The notes under the pieces were generated by a model. It saw only the letters and a list, made by a program, of their open reading frames with translations. It did no database searches and was not told the DNA's origin. From IMG/VR virus record IMGVR_UViG_3300044646_003076: a stretch of 64,000 nucleotides of DNA; one strand, written 5' to 3'. Positions 16,068 through 23,555 of the stretch are shown here, in pieces. Positions within the stretch are counted from its first letter, which is position 1. Every line of letters begins with the position of its first letter. Source of the stretch: a virus. Both the position numbers and the translations under genes were made by a program.

Positions 16068-16162
16068 ATTATACAGCCGAGGCTGGCCATAGTCAAGGTC
16101 TGGAGTCATAAGCATTCCTGATCGGTTAAACGGTTGACGGTGGCCGATGGTGGCTGTATATT
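16068..16162. promoter_or_regulatory. class-2 divergent promoter pair G
   Basis: TTGACT-N17-TATAAT (-), predicted start ACGG at 16060; TTGACG-N17-TATATT (+). Confidence 0.85.
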
Positions 16163-16972
16163 ATGAGAGTCCAAACATTCCTGGCAGGTTGCCAGGCTCA
16201 TTCCATGGAAAGGCTCAAAGGTTCTAGTCTTGCTCGCACCGTTAAATTCATGCGGGAAGCCGGAAAGACTACTAAAGAGATAGTAATATCTTGTGGATAC
16301 GGTAGAGAAGAAGAAGGTAAAATTCCACATTATACAGCATTTTACGAGGAGCTTCTTATCGTTCGTGATAACGAAAAGCGATATGAAGCGATGTCTAGTA
16401 ATGTGAACAAACGCCGCGATAATGTTTTGCATTATTTGCTTTCTGCAATTGAGTATAGAACGAAATATGAATATAGAAACGATTGGGCAGATCGTTGTGA
16501 TTATAGCGAGGAATCATACAGTGCTGATGATAACTATATTGTCCGTTATTATGGCGATAAGATTGCACTTTTCACCCAAACTGGGGTGCAATTTTTTATT
16601 CCTTCAATGAAATCTCTCACTCTTCCCGTTAATGTCACCACAGCAAAAATAACCGTTGAGCAATGGAAAGAGTTTATTTCCGAAACAATCGGGGACATTT
16701 CTGGTGAAATGGTCACAGTTGGGCCATGGAAAGTTCCGATTAAGATTGTAGCACTAGCAGCATCTTATACGTGGAAAAATGATGGTTACGGTGACTTTAT
16801 TGAATCTGTTACGCTATATGGAAAGCGGACTCTCTGCAATGTAAAAGAAAGCGGCTATGATTTGGAAGGTATCGTTAGCATTAAAGGTGTGAAGAGGAGA
16901 GCCTATACTTCATCCATTATGTTTGAACTGCCAGATGGGCGCCTATATAATGTGGCAACCATTCAGGTATGA
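16163..16972 (+). CDS. fusion protein: unique N-terminal half plus duplicated C-terminal domain
   Basis: ORF track; internal ATG 16607 aligns with 15519. Confidence 0.75.
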   Translation: MRVQTFLAGCQAHSMERLKGSSLARTVKFMREAGKTTKEIVISCGYGREEEGKIPHYTAFYEELLIVRDNEKRYEAMSSNVNKRRDNVLHYLLSAIEYRTKYEYRNDWADRCDYSEESYSADDNYIVRYYGDKIALFTQTGVQFFIPSMKSLTLPVNVTTAKITVEQWKEFISETIGDISGEMVTVGPWKVPIKIVALAASYTWKNDGYGDFIESVTLYGKRTLCNVKESGYDLEGIVSIKGVKRRAYTSSIMFELPDGRLYNVATIQV

Positions 16973-17034
16973 AATAGCAAACACAATAAGTATACAAAGG
17001 CCCCCGGTTTAATCGCCGGGGTTTTTTATTGTCT

Positions 17035-17378
17035 TCTAATCTATTTGTTATTCTCTATAACAGTCTGTAGCATTTGATTGTATTGTTATATCGGTTGATG
17101 TGTTTGTTATTGTTATTGTGTGTTATGTGTATTTGTTTGTATTATTAACAGTGTGTAATGACAGTTGATTTGTTATTTTGTATGCTTATCGGCCCCGCCT
17201 AGCGATAATAATCCATAAGCCCCCCAATAACCCCCAATAATCCATAATAAGCCCCCAATAATAATCTGACCCTTTGAAATAATATATCAAATATCCATGG
17301 GTCCCCTATACCCCCTTAAAATATACCGATACCATTTTTTCAAAAAATTTCCGCCGGCAAAAATTTTCCCAAAAGGGT
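17035..17378. other. non-coding skewed block with CCCCCAATAA x3 and AT/GC palindromes at the early/core boundary (possible origin or terminus-related element)
   Basis: T/G-rich 17035-17190; C-run repeats at 17221, 17231 and 17252; TTTTTTCAAAAAA and AAATTTCCGCCGGCAAAAATTTT at about 17335-17370. Confidence 0.5.
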
Positions 17379-17548
17379 CAACTCGTTTCCATCACATAAG
17401 ACAGATTAACATTTAATCCGATCCATAAATCAACAGAAAAATATAAATCCGTCTCTGGATCCGAAAGCATCATATCAAGCCAGTATTCAAAATTTGTACC
17501 TACTTGATACCAACCCCAATATATCTTCTCAAAGAAATTACATCTCAT
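17378..17548 (-). CDS. small aromatic-rich hypothetical protein
   Basis: Track ORF 17378..17599; ATG 17548 gives minimal overlap with the RHH gene. Confidence 0.45.
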   Translation of the reverse strand: MRCNFFEKIYWGWYQVGTNFEYWLDMMLSDPETDLYFSVDLWIGLNVNLSYVMETS

Positions 17549-17780
17549 CTTTATTCTCCTTATCAACACATAAAAATTCTTGTCCTCTGGCCTCGGCATC
17601 TAATAACCGTTCAAATAAATCAAGTCCGGCTAGAATAACTTCCATTTTTGTTAATCCTGATCTATAAGCAGCGGAGGACAATTTATTCATAGCTTCGTCG
17701 TTGAAAGTGATTATGAACTGATGTTTTGTCATGATTGGTTTTGTTGATAATAATTTCTCAATAAATTCTTTAAGTTTCAT
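17538..17780 (-). CDS. ribbon-helix-helix (CopG/Arc-like) DNA-binding protein
   Basis: Strand QFIITF followed by helices NKLSSAAYRSGLTKMEVILAGLDLF. Confidence 0.6.
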   Translation of the reverse strand: MKLKEFIEKLLSTKPIMTKHQFIITFNDEAMNKLSSAAYRSGLTKMEVILAGLDLFERLLDAEARGQEFLCVDKENKDEM

Positions 17781-17974
17781 TTTGTGATCCCCAATTCATT
17801 ATAGCGTTCTCTATTTTCAGGTAGTTGAAACTTATGCATGTGAGATTTTTTCTCTAATTTTTCAAGACGTTGAAAGATTTCTACCATAATACCATACAAC
17901 TTATCTTCTCCATTGGGATTATTTTCCAGATCAATAAGAAATGATAACTTATTCCAATAATCTTTTTTACTCAT
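17777..17974 (-). CDS. hypothetical protein
   Basis: ATG 17974 lies downstream of a minus-strand promoter; ATGA coupling to the RHH gene. Confidence 0.6.
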   Translation of the reverse strand: MSKKDYWNKLSFLIDLENNPNGEDKLYGIMVEIFQRLEKLEKKSHMHKFQLPENRERYNELGITK

Positions 17975-17996
17975 TTTGTCTTCGTCGCCAAATACC

Positions 17997-18049
17997 ACCC
18001 TAACACGAAAATCTCTTTCTGTCAAGTGGTCCAGTGAACGAACTGACAC
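17997..18049 (-). promoter_or_regulatory. sigma70 promoter with adjacent class-1-like dyad
   Basis: Minus: TTGACA-N17-TAGGGT with TG extension; dyad GTGGTCCAGTGAACGAACTGACAC at 18026-18049. Confidence 0.65.
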
Positions 18050-18096
18050 ACAGATTTTCTACATAGATTGATTCAGTAAAAATCGTCTTTAATCTT

Positions 18097-18294
18097 ATGA
18101 AGGAAACCAAATATCACATCTATCTCAATAATAAATGTGTTAATTATAATCTATCTGAAGCAGAATTTAATAAAATCTGGAATGATTATCTACACATGGC
18201 GACCATTCATAAAAATCTCAACAGAGAAGATCTATCTTATGAAGAGGTGGTGTTTGACAAATCAACCTACTCTCTTCAAGGTACTATATACTGA
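18097..18294 (+). CDS. conserved cyanomyophage hypothetical protein
   Basis: YHIYLNNKC...EDLSYEEV pattern; upstream of the GT-like gene. Confidence 0.75.
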   Translation: MKETKYHIYLNNKCVNYNLSEAEFNKIWNDYLHMATIHKNLNREDLSYEEVVFDKSTYSLQGTIY

Positions 18295-18319
18295 GCACTG
18301 AAGTTTATAAAGGTGAAAC

Positions 18320-19204
18320 ATGAAAGGTTTTAAAGTGAAAGCGGTAGAACCGGTTCAAGAGGATATGGATACTCTTATTGAACGAGCAAAGAATAAACTA
18401 AAAGGAAAGACCATCGTATTCTGTCTTCCCGGTAGATCGGTTTCTTATACATTCTTAAAGAATTTTGTTCAGTTATGTTTTGATCTTGCTGGTAATGGTA
18501 CCGCATTTGCCATTCAACAAGATTATTCTTCCATGGTGAATTTTGCTCGTTGTAAATGTCTTGGTTATAATGTAACCCGAGGTAAGTTTCAGATTCCTTG
18601 GGACGGTAGATTACATTATGATTATCAAATGTGGATTGATAGTGATATCGTCTTTAACAGCGCGGTTTTTTGGAAATTGATTGATACTGCCATTTTTAAC
18701 GAAGAGAAAGCCGATAACAGAAATTCAGAACAATGGCCGCTAATGAATAAAACCGAAGAGGAATTAGATTCCATCGGTCGTTGGAATGAAGCTGTTCGTA
18801 AAGAAAGAATTCAACGACTCAATCTAAAATGTAATCCTGTTACCAGTGGTTATTATGCCACCGAAGATCGCACCACCGTTCCCGTTGCACACTGGATCTA
18901 CGATGGTGAAGAATTTATTCGCAATGGTGGTATGATGAAATCAGAAACACTAGAATCCATGGCCGCTCGTAAAAAACCATTTACTTGCGATTACGTTGGT
19001 TTTGGATTCGTATTAGTGGCTCATGGTGTTTTTGAAAATATGATCTATCCGGTCTTTGGTCCTAAATTACAAGCCTACGATAATGGTATTGAAGACTTCT
19101 GTGGGGAAGACGTTGGCTTCTGTCTCGATGCAAAGGAACTCGGAGTTGAGATTGTTGTAGATCCCGCTGTACGAGTTGGTCACGAGAAAATGGTTGTACT
19201 CTGA
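18320..19204 (+). CDS. glycosyltransferase-like (GT-A, DxD) protein conserved in cyanomyophages
   Basis: WIDSDIVF (DxD), GFGFVLV and GEDVGFC...VRVGHEK motifs. Confidence 0.85.
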   Translation: MKGFKVKAVEPVQEDMDTLIERAKNKLKGKTIVFCLPGRSVSYTFLKNFVQLCFDLAGNGTAFAIQQDYSSMVNFARCKCLGYNVTRGKFQIPWDGRLHYDYQMWIDSDIVFNSAVFWKLIDTAIFNEEKADNRNSEQWPLMNKTEEELDSIGRWNEAVRKERIQRLNLKCNPVTSGYYATEDRTTVPVAHWIYDGEEFIRNGGMMKSETLESMAARKKPFTCDYVGFGFVLVAHGVFENMIYPVFGPKLQAYDNGIEDFCGEDVGFCLDAKELGVEIVVDPAVRVGHEKMVVL

Positions 19205-19347
19205 TGTACTGGAACATTTATTACGACAATAAGCTTCTATATAAAGAAGTAACAGACGAAGAACGCAAAACGATACAGAGAGCATTAATGGAAAAAGTCA
19301 CAGATGGCGCAATGGACATTACACTTATTAAAATGGAGGTAGTATGA
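19204..19347 (+). CDS. small hypothetical protein, 47 aa (not in track)
   Basis: MYWNIYYDNKLLYKEV...; TGATG and ATGA coupling on both sides. Confidence 0.7.
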   Translation: MYWNIYYDNKLLYKEVTDEERKTIQRALMEKVTDGAMDITLIKMEVV

Positions 19348-19481
19348 AAAAGAATTTATCGGGCGGAAGAATTATTGAATCCCAGCCCAAAAAATCACGT
19401 CAAGGAGATGGCAAACACACCAAAAACTCTGCAACCAGTAGAAATGCAAAACGCAAACCCACTCGCGGTCAAGGCCGTTGA
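19344..19481 (+). CDS. small basic conserved cyanophage protein, 45 aa (not in track)
   Basis: MKKNLSGGRIIESQPKKSRQGDGKHTKNSATSRNAKRKPTRGQGR; GGAGG upstream. Confidence 0.8.
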   Translation: MKKNLSGGRIIESQPKKSRQGDGKHTKNSATSRNAKRKPTRGQGR

Positions 19482-19884
19482 AGAATGGATTCAAAGAGTC
19501 TCTCAGTCTCGTTCAGAGCTGGGAGGCTTTTCTGTATGTCCTTATGCATCTAAAGCATCTTATAAGATCGTTGAATGTGACATTGATAAACTAGAACTCC
19601 TATCAAATTATGATATTCTAATTTACATCGTCAATGAGTCTTTACTAGAAGAAATCAATAAATGGATAGAACATTATAACGAAGAGTATTCAGATTGGAT
19701 CTTTCTAGAAGACTGTGCTACCTACGATACCTTTATTAATGGTGTTCAGACCAATAACGGAAGTCTCAATTTAATACTTGCTCAGCCCAAGAAAGATTTA
19801 CTAAAAGCCCGCGAAGCATTAAAAAAGACCAGTTACTATTCGTTCTGGTCCGATGAGTATTATAATGAAATCGTTGGAGATTAA
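19444..19884 (+). CDS. conserved hypothetical protein (LGGFSVCPYA motif, DUF1415-like)
   Basis: Track ORF 19375..19884; start uncertain. Confidence 0.7.
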   Translation: MQNANPLAVKAVEEWIQRVSQSRSELGGFSVCPYASKASYKIVECDIDKLELLSNYDILIYIVNESLLEEINKWIEHYNEEYSDWIFLEDCATYDTFINGVQTNNGSLNLILAQPKKDLLKAREALKKTSYYSFWSDEYYNEIVGD

Positions 19885-20252
19885 CGAAGTCTTACGTTAG
19901 CGAGATTGGTTGTTCTTTTTCTTTTCTCTTCCTGCGATGCCTGAGGCTTTTCGTTTCTAATCTTTTCTTGAGTATCGGCAAGATTTCTTAATGCAACAGT
20001 ATAACGCTGTCTTTGTTTTGGAGATACCTGCTTCATCTGCCAATCAAGAAGAATAGAATGTTTCCAATCTTCGCTCATTACACTCATAATATTTCTGGCA
20101 GCATCTTCGCTATCAACAAAGCCCTCATCAATCAGATATTCAAGAACCAGATCATAAAGCTCTACATCCTCTTTTTGAAACACTTCTGAAGAATTGGTGC
20201 TTTCATAAACACCCAAATAAGCCTCGTGAAGACTATAATACTTACCGTTCAT
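19881..20252 (-). CDS. putative internal head protein (YLIDEGF..SEDAARNIMSVMSEDW domain)
   Basis: Late promoter CTAAATA at 20281-20275; domain shared with 22244..22822. Confidence 0.75.
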   Translation of the reverse strand: MNGKYYSLHEAYLGVYESTNSSEVFQKEDVELYDLVLEYLIDEGFVDSEDAARNIMSVMSEDWKHSILLDWQMKQVSPKQRQRYTVALRNLADTQEKIRNEKPQASQEEKRKRTTNLANVRLR

Positions 20253-20290
20253 TATTGTTTTTTAGAATATAAGTTATTTAGAATTTATTG

Positions 20291-20929
20291 CTAAAATGGT
20301 AGTAATGCACCTAGAGTAGTCTTAACAAGAAAATCTTTAGCTTTTCTCACTGGTTTTGATCTAGCTATTCTTCTACCAGAATTTCTTGATTGTTTTGTTA
20401 GAACTCTATTTGCCTTTCTTGTGACGGATTTTATTTTGCGATCTCTTTCTCTTACTCTTTTTAGTTTGTCTCGTAATGCTTTCTTTGTGTTTTTATCAGT
20501 GGTGTTTTTAATTTGTTTCTGGATTCGTTGCACTTGCCCAAAAATCTCCATGATCAATTCTTCGCTCAATTTTGGATTTCTAATTCTACTATCCGAAACA
20601 CTAAAATCTTTATTTCTTCCGCTATTTTTGTTGAAACCAAAAGACTTATAGAATTTTTCTAACTTTCCTTTCTTTCCCTTATCGGCTTGTGGTGTTAGTG
20701 TAACTCTTTTGTTTTGTTTATCGGCATAACGAGTCAGACCTTTCATCGCTCTTGAGCCGATTCCTTGATTTCTTTTTTCTTTTGGTACTTCAATTGAATG
20801 AAGACGAATATCACCACTATTACTAAGAGTAGAATGAAACTTCATTCCAGGATGTTTTCTTCGCCAGGCAGAGCCTATTTTATCTAAGGATTCTTGTGAT
20901 TCGGCAATAAACTGGCGAAAGGTTTTCAT
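20291..20929 (-). CDS. capsid-targeting-sequence protein with GNAT acetyltransferase domain
   Basis: N-terminal MKTFRQFIAE; acetyl-CoA motif RNQGIGSRAM and KFYKSFGF. Confidence 0.8.
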   Translation of the reverse strand: MKTFRQFIAESQESLDKIGSAWRRKHPGMKFHSTLSNSGDIRLHSIEVPKEKRNQGIGSRAMKGLTRYADKQNKRVTLTPQADKGKKGKLEKFYKSFGFNKNSGRNKDFSVSDSRIRNPKLSEELIMEIFGQVQRIQKQIKNTTDKNTKKALRDKLKRVRERDRKIKSVTRKANRVLTKQSRNSGRRIARSKPVRKAKDFLVKTTLGALLPF

Positions 20930-21474
20930 CTTCTTTTTGGTTGAGTTTTAGTTCTTTGTGGTTTATCTTTTGCTCTTATTGTTGGCGGCGCATTTTTGCT
21001 GATGTTCTTGTTAGCGGTATCTATGTCAACCATAATATAACTTCCCTTACCAGCTTTTGCACCCGCATTATGAGCATCTGGTACCCGAACTATTTTATGA
21101 CCTCTCTTGATGTATTCTCTAGATTGTTGTATAGGACTTACCTTCTTTGCTCTTTTCATGAGTTCTTCACCTTCATATTTTTGTAGTAGCTCCTTTTTCT
21201 TTTCTCTAGATTTTTTATGTGATATTGTATTTGTTACTTTAGGATTAACAAATTTAAGATTCACTCTAGAATAACCATAATCATTACCCACTCTAGGTGT
21301 AGGAGTTGTATATACAGTTTTATTAGTTTTTTCTGGATGATAAGTTCCCGATGACGGAGATTCTTTGAAGCCTGATTTTAAAATGGAATTTTTATTTTCT
21401 CTAGAAGTGTAATGAGCGGTTCTCAAAACTCTCATTCTTTTGGCTTCGGTAATAAACTGGCGAAAGGTTTTCAT
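20926..21474 (-). CDS. capsid-targeting-sequence protein with ADP-ribosyltransferase-like (H-Y class) motifs
   Basis: MKTFRQFITEA; AHYTS..N.NSILKSGF...TVYTT. Confidence 0.6.
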   Translation of the reverse strand: MKTFRQFITEAKRMRVLRTAHYTSRENKNSILKSGFKESPSSGTYHPEKTNKTVYTTPTPRVGNDYGYSRVNLKFVNPKVTNTISHKKSREKKKELLQKYEGEELMKRAKKVSPIQQSREYIKRGHKIVRVPDAHNAGAKAGKGSYIMVDIDTANKNISKNAPPTIRAKDKPQRTKTQPKRR

Positions 21475-21884
21475 CTTCCAAATTTTCTAATATTACTTTT
21501 TGCATTACCAACTTCAATATATTTTTTTGTTTTTCGGTTTTCTATATCACGTTTCATCTCTCTTGATTCGGGATGACTTAAATCACCACGAACCATTCTA
21601 GAAAACATTCTTCCCTGCCTATAACCTTTTAGTTTATCAATTCTAGTCCTAACCTCTTTTTTAGTGTCGGGTAAATTACCACTGTCTGTTCTATAATCAT
21701 CCCGGGATTTTTTATCATATTTGGCGCCTCTGTTTGCAGAATGAAACATGCGCCTGATTCCAGTTTGTCGATCTCTTAATGAAGTTGATCCTGTTGCTCT
21801 TTTGTTTCTTATGTCCTCTTTTTCTAAAGGACTAAGATTTTTTTCTTGTTTGGCCTCGGCCATAAACTCTCTATAAGTCTTCAT
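21471..21884 (-). CDS. capsid-targeting-sequence basic protein
   Basis: True start MKTYREFMAEA at 21884, inside track ORF 21471..22028. Confidence 0.75.
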   Translation of the reverse strand: MKTYREFMAEAKQEKNLSPLEKEDIRNKRATGSTSLRDRQTGIRRMFHSANRGAKYDKKSRDDYRTDSGNLPDTKKEVRTRIDKLKGYRQGRMFSRMVRGDLSHPESREMKRDIENRKTKKYIEVGNAKSNIRKFGR

Positions 21885-21885
21885 A

Positions 21886-22260
21886 TTAATAACCGTGTTT
21901 TGGAATTTGATGTGAATATTGACGAAGTATAACAGCAGCAGTAGCATTAGCCTCATTTTCAATATCGCTACCATCACCACCATCCATCTCTTTACCACTT
22001 GCTTTTTGTTTATAATGAACCAACTCATGAGCCAGTGTGCGATAAATGTCCATAGGATGACGTTCTGCGATCTGAATTCTTATCGTATCGTCAGAAAGAT
22101 TATACATTCCAAAGGTCTTATGTTTCGCCGAAAATTCAGGATTATCAATAATAATAACATTAGGAGTTTCTTCTATTTCAAGATGGTCACAAGCAAACTT
22201 AAGAAAGTCTTTGACTTGCGATCTTTTTGATTCAGTAAGAAATTCAGTGTACTTCTTCAT
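21886..22260 (-). CDS. capsid-targeting-sequence protein with HEXXH zincin metallopeptidase motif
   Basis: MKKYTEFLTES; RTLAHELVHYKQ and downstream ENEANA (possible third ligand). Confidence 0.8.
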   Translation of the reverse strand: MKKYTEFLTESKRSQVKDFLKFACDHLEIEETPNVIIIDNPEFSAKHKTFGMYNLSDDTIRIQIAERHPMDIYRTLAHELVHYKQKASGKEMDGGDGSDIENEANATAAVILRQYSHQIPKHGY

Positions 22261-22822
22261 CTAGAATACTTTGAATCCAGTTTTCACTCATCGCTTCCAT
22301 AATATTTCTTGCAGCTTTTTCGGTTTTTGCAAAATTATTGTCCACCAAATAAGCAATAATAGTATCAACTTCCTCTTTTCTTAATCCAATTTCTTTATCT
22401 TCTCTTCTTCTAGTACCAATAACTGCATTCATTCGCCTTTTTAGCTTTTGTTTGGCCTGAGAATCTTCACCCCAATTTCGCTCATCTGGATGAGGATCTT
22501 TCCAGTCATCATGTTTTCCGATATCTCTTTCGCGGCTTTTAGGTAAAAATGTTGTTTTTACTGAGTCCCGCGACCTTAATTTGGAATCCTCTTTCACTAA
22601 TTTTCTAACAGTTTCACGTCTTTTATTGTGAAGATGTTCTACATCCTTTCTTGTGAATTTTGGATCTGCAGCTTTTTTGGCACCCTTCTCAATATTTTTC
22701 TTCACTGCTTCAATATCAACAGCTTCATTAACACGATAGCGAATTCTTTCTGCATAAGGAAAGAATTCTCTCGTGACAGTACAACCATACATGTCATAAT
22801 AAGAATCCAGTAATTCGTCCAT
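22244..22822 (-). CDS. putative internal head protein
   Basis: First gene after late promoter 22852-22846; C-terminal YLVDNNFAKTEKAARNIMEAMSENW domain. Confidence 0.75.
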   Translation of the reverse strand: MDELLDSYYDMYGCTVTREFFPYAERIRYRVNEAVDIEAVKKNIEKGAKKAADPKFTRKDVEHLHNKRRETVRKLVKEDSKLRSRDSVKTTFLPKSRERDIGKHDDWKDPHPDERNWGEDSQAKQKLKRRMNAVIGTRRREDKEIGLRKEEVDTIIAYLVDNNFAKTEKAARNIMEAMSENWIQSILDEEVH

Positions 22823-22845
22823 CGGGTGCGCCTAGTAGATAATCC

Positions 22846-22870
22846 TATTTAGAATTTTGACACCTAAATA
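22846..22870. promoter_or_regulatory. divergent T4-type late promoters
   Basis: CTAAATA on minus (22852-22846) and plus (22864-22870). Further C/ATAAATA sites at 23131, 36893, 50024, 54659, 57549, 59699, 61805, 62402 and 63099 precede late genes. Confidence 0.8.
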
Positions 22871-22933
22871 ACCTTGGTGATTAAGGAACCACCTTAAAAG
22901 TTTCTCTTAATCCAAATTTAGGAGAATAGACTA

Positions 22934-23134
22934 ATGCCTGCTGTAGACCGCGATGTGATGTATATGCAAGAGACATTTGGTACCACTTGTCTCGCAACTG
23001 ATTATGGTGCTCTTGAACTTCGGGAAGTAATTCACGATCGCAAAGATAAAAAAGTTAAAACCGAAGATAAAGAACTGTTTTCTCTAGAATCTTCTTGGGA
23101 TTATGGTCTTGAACCGAATGTTATTAACGGCTAA
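22934..23134 (+). CDS. conserved cyanophage hypothetical protein
   Basis: ORF track; upstream of gp25. Confidence 0.7.
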   Translation: MPAVDRDVMYMQETFGTTCLATDYGALELREVIHDRKDKKVKTEDKELFSLESSWDYGLEPNVING

Positions 23135-23156
23135 ATAACTCTTAATTTAGTATAAA

Positions 23157-23555
23157 ATGCCAGTAGAGCGGATAAGTCGTTCTTTTAAGGATATAAGTAT
23201 TTCATTTGATGTTAATCCATTAACTCGTGATCTTATCGTACTTAAAAATGAAACGGCTATTGTCCGCTCTATTCGCAATTTAATCTCAACAATAAAAGGA
23301 GAGATCCCCTATTCAGATAAAGGTAGTAATATTACTAATCTTTTATTTGAAAATATGAATTCCATAACTTCGTCGCTGATTGAAAGTGAAGTCACTGATA
23401 CCATTACTCGCTATGAGCCTAGAGTGTCTCTTATAAGCGTAGTTGTGAATCCCGATTACGATAATAACACTTATGATATTGTAATTACATATACGATCGT
23501 AGGAATAGATGTTCCACCACAACAACTAACTCTGGTTCTTAATACCGTCCGATAA
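23157..23555 (+). CDS. gp25: baseplate wedge subunit gp25
   Basis: FKDISISF.VNPLT.DL..LKNE.AI.RS..N and RYEPRV motifs; synteny. Confidence 0.92.
   Translation: MPVERISRSFKDISISFDVNPLTRDLIVLKNETAIVRSIRNLISTIKGEIPYSDKGSNITNLLFENMNSITSSLIESEVTDTITRYEPRVSLISVVVNPDYDNNTYDIVITYTIVGIDVPPQQLTLVLNTVR

Noticed and set aside
11093-16162. Track start codons at 11093, 13271, 13761 and 15266 (also 6403)
   Set aside because: They coincide with -35 boxes or lie next to or upstream of -10 boxes, so they precede the predicted TSS; downstream ATGs were used instead.
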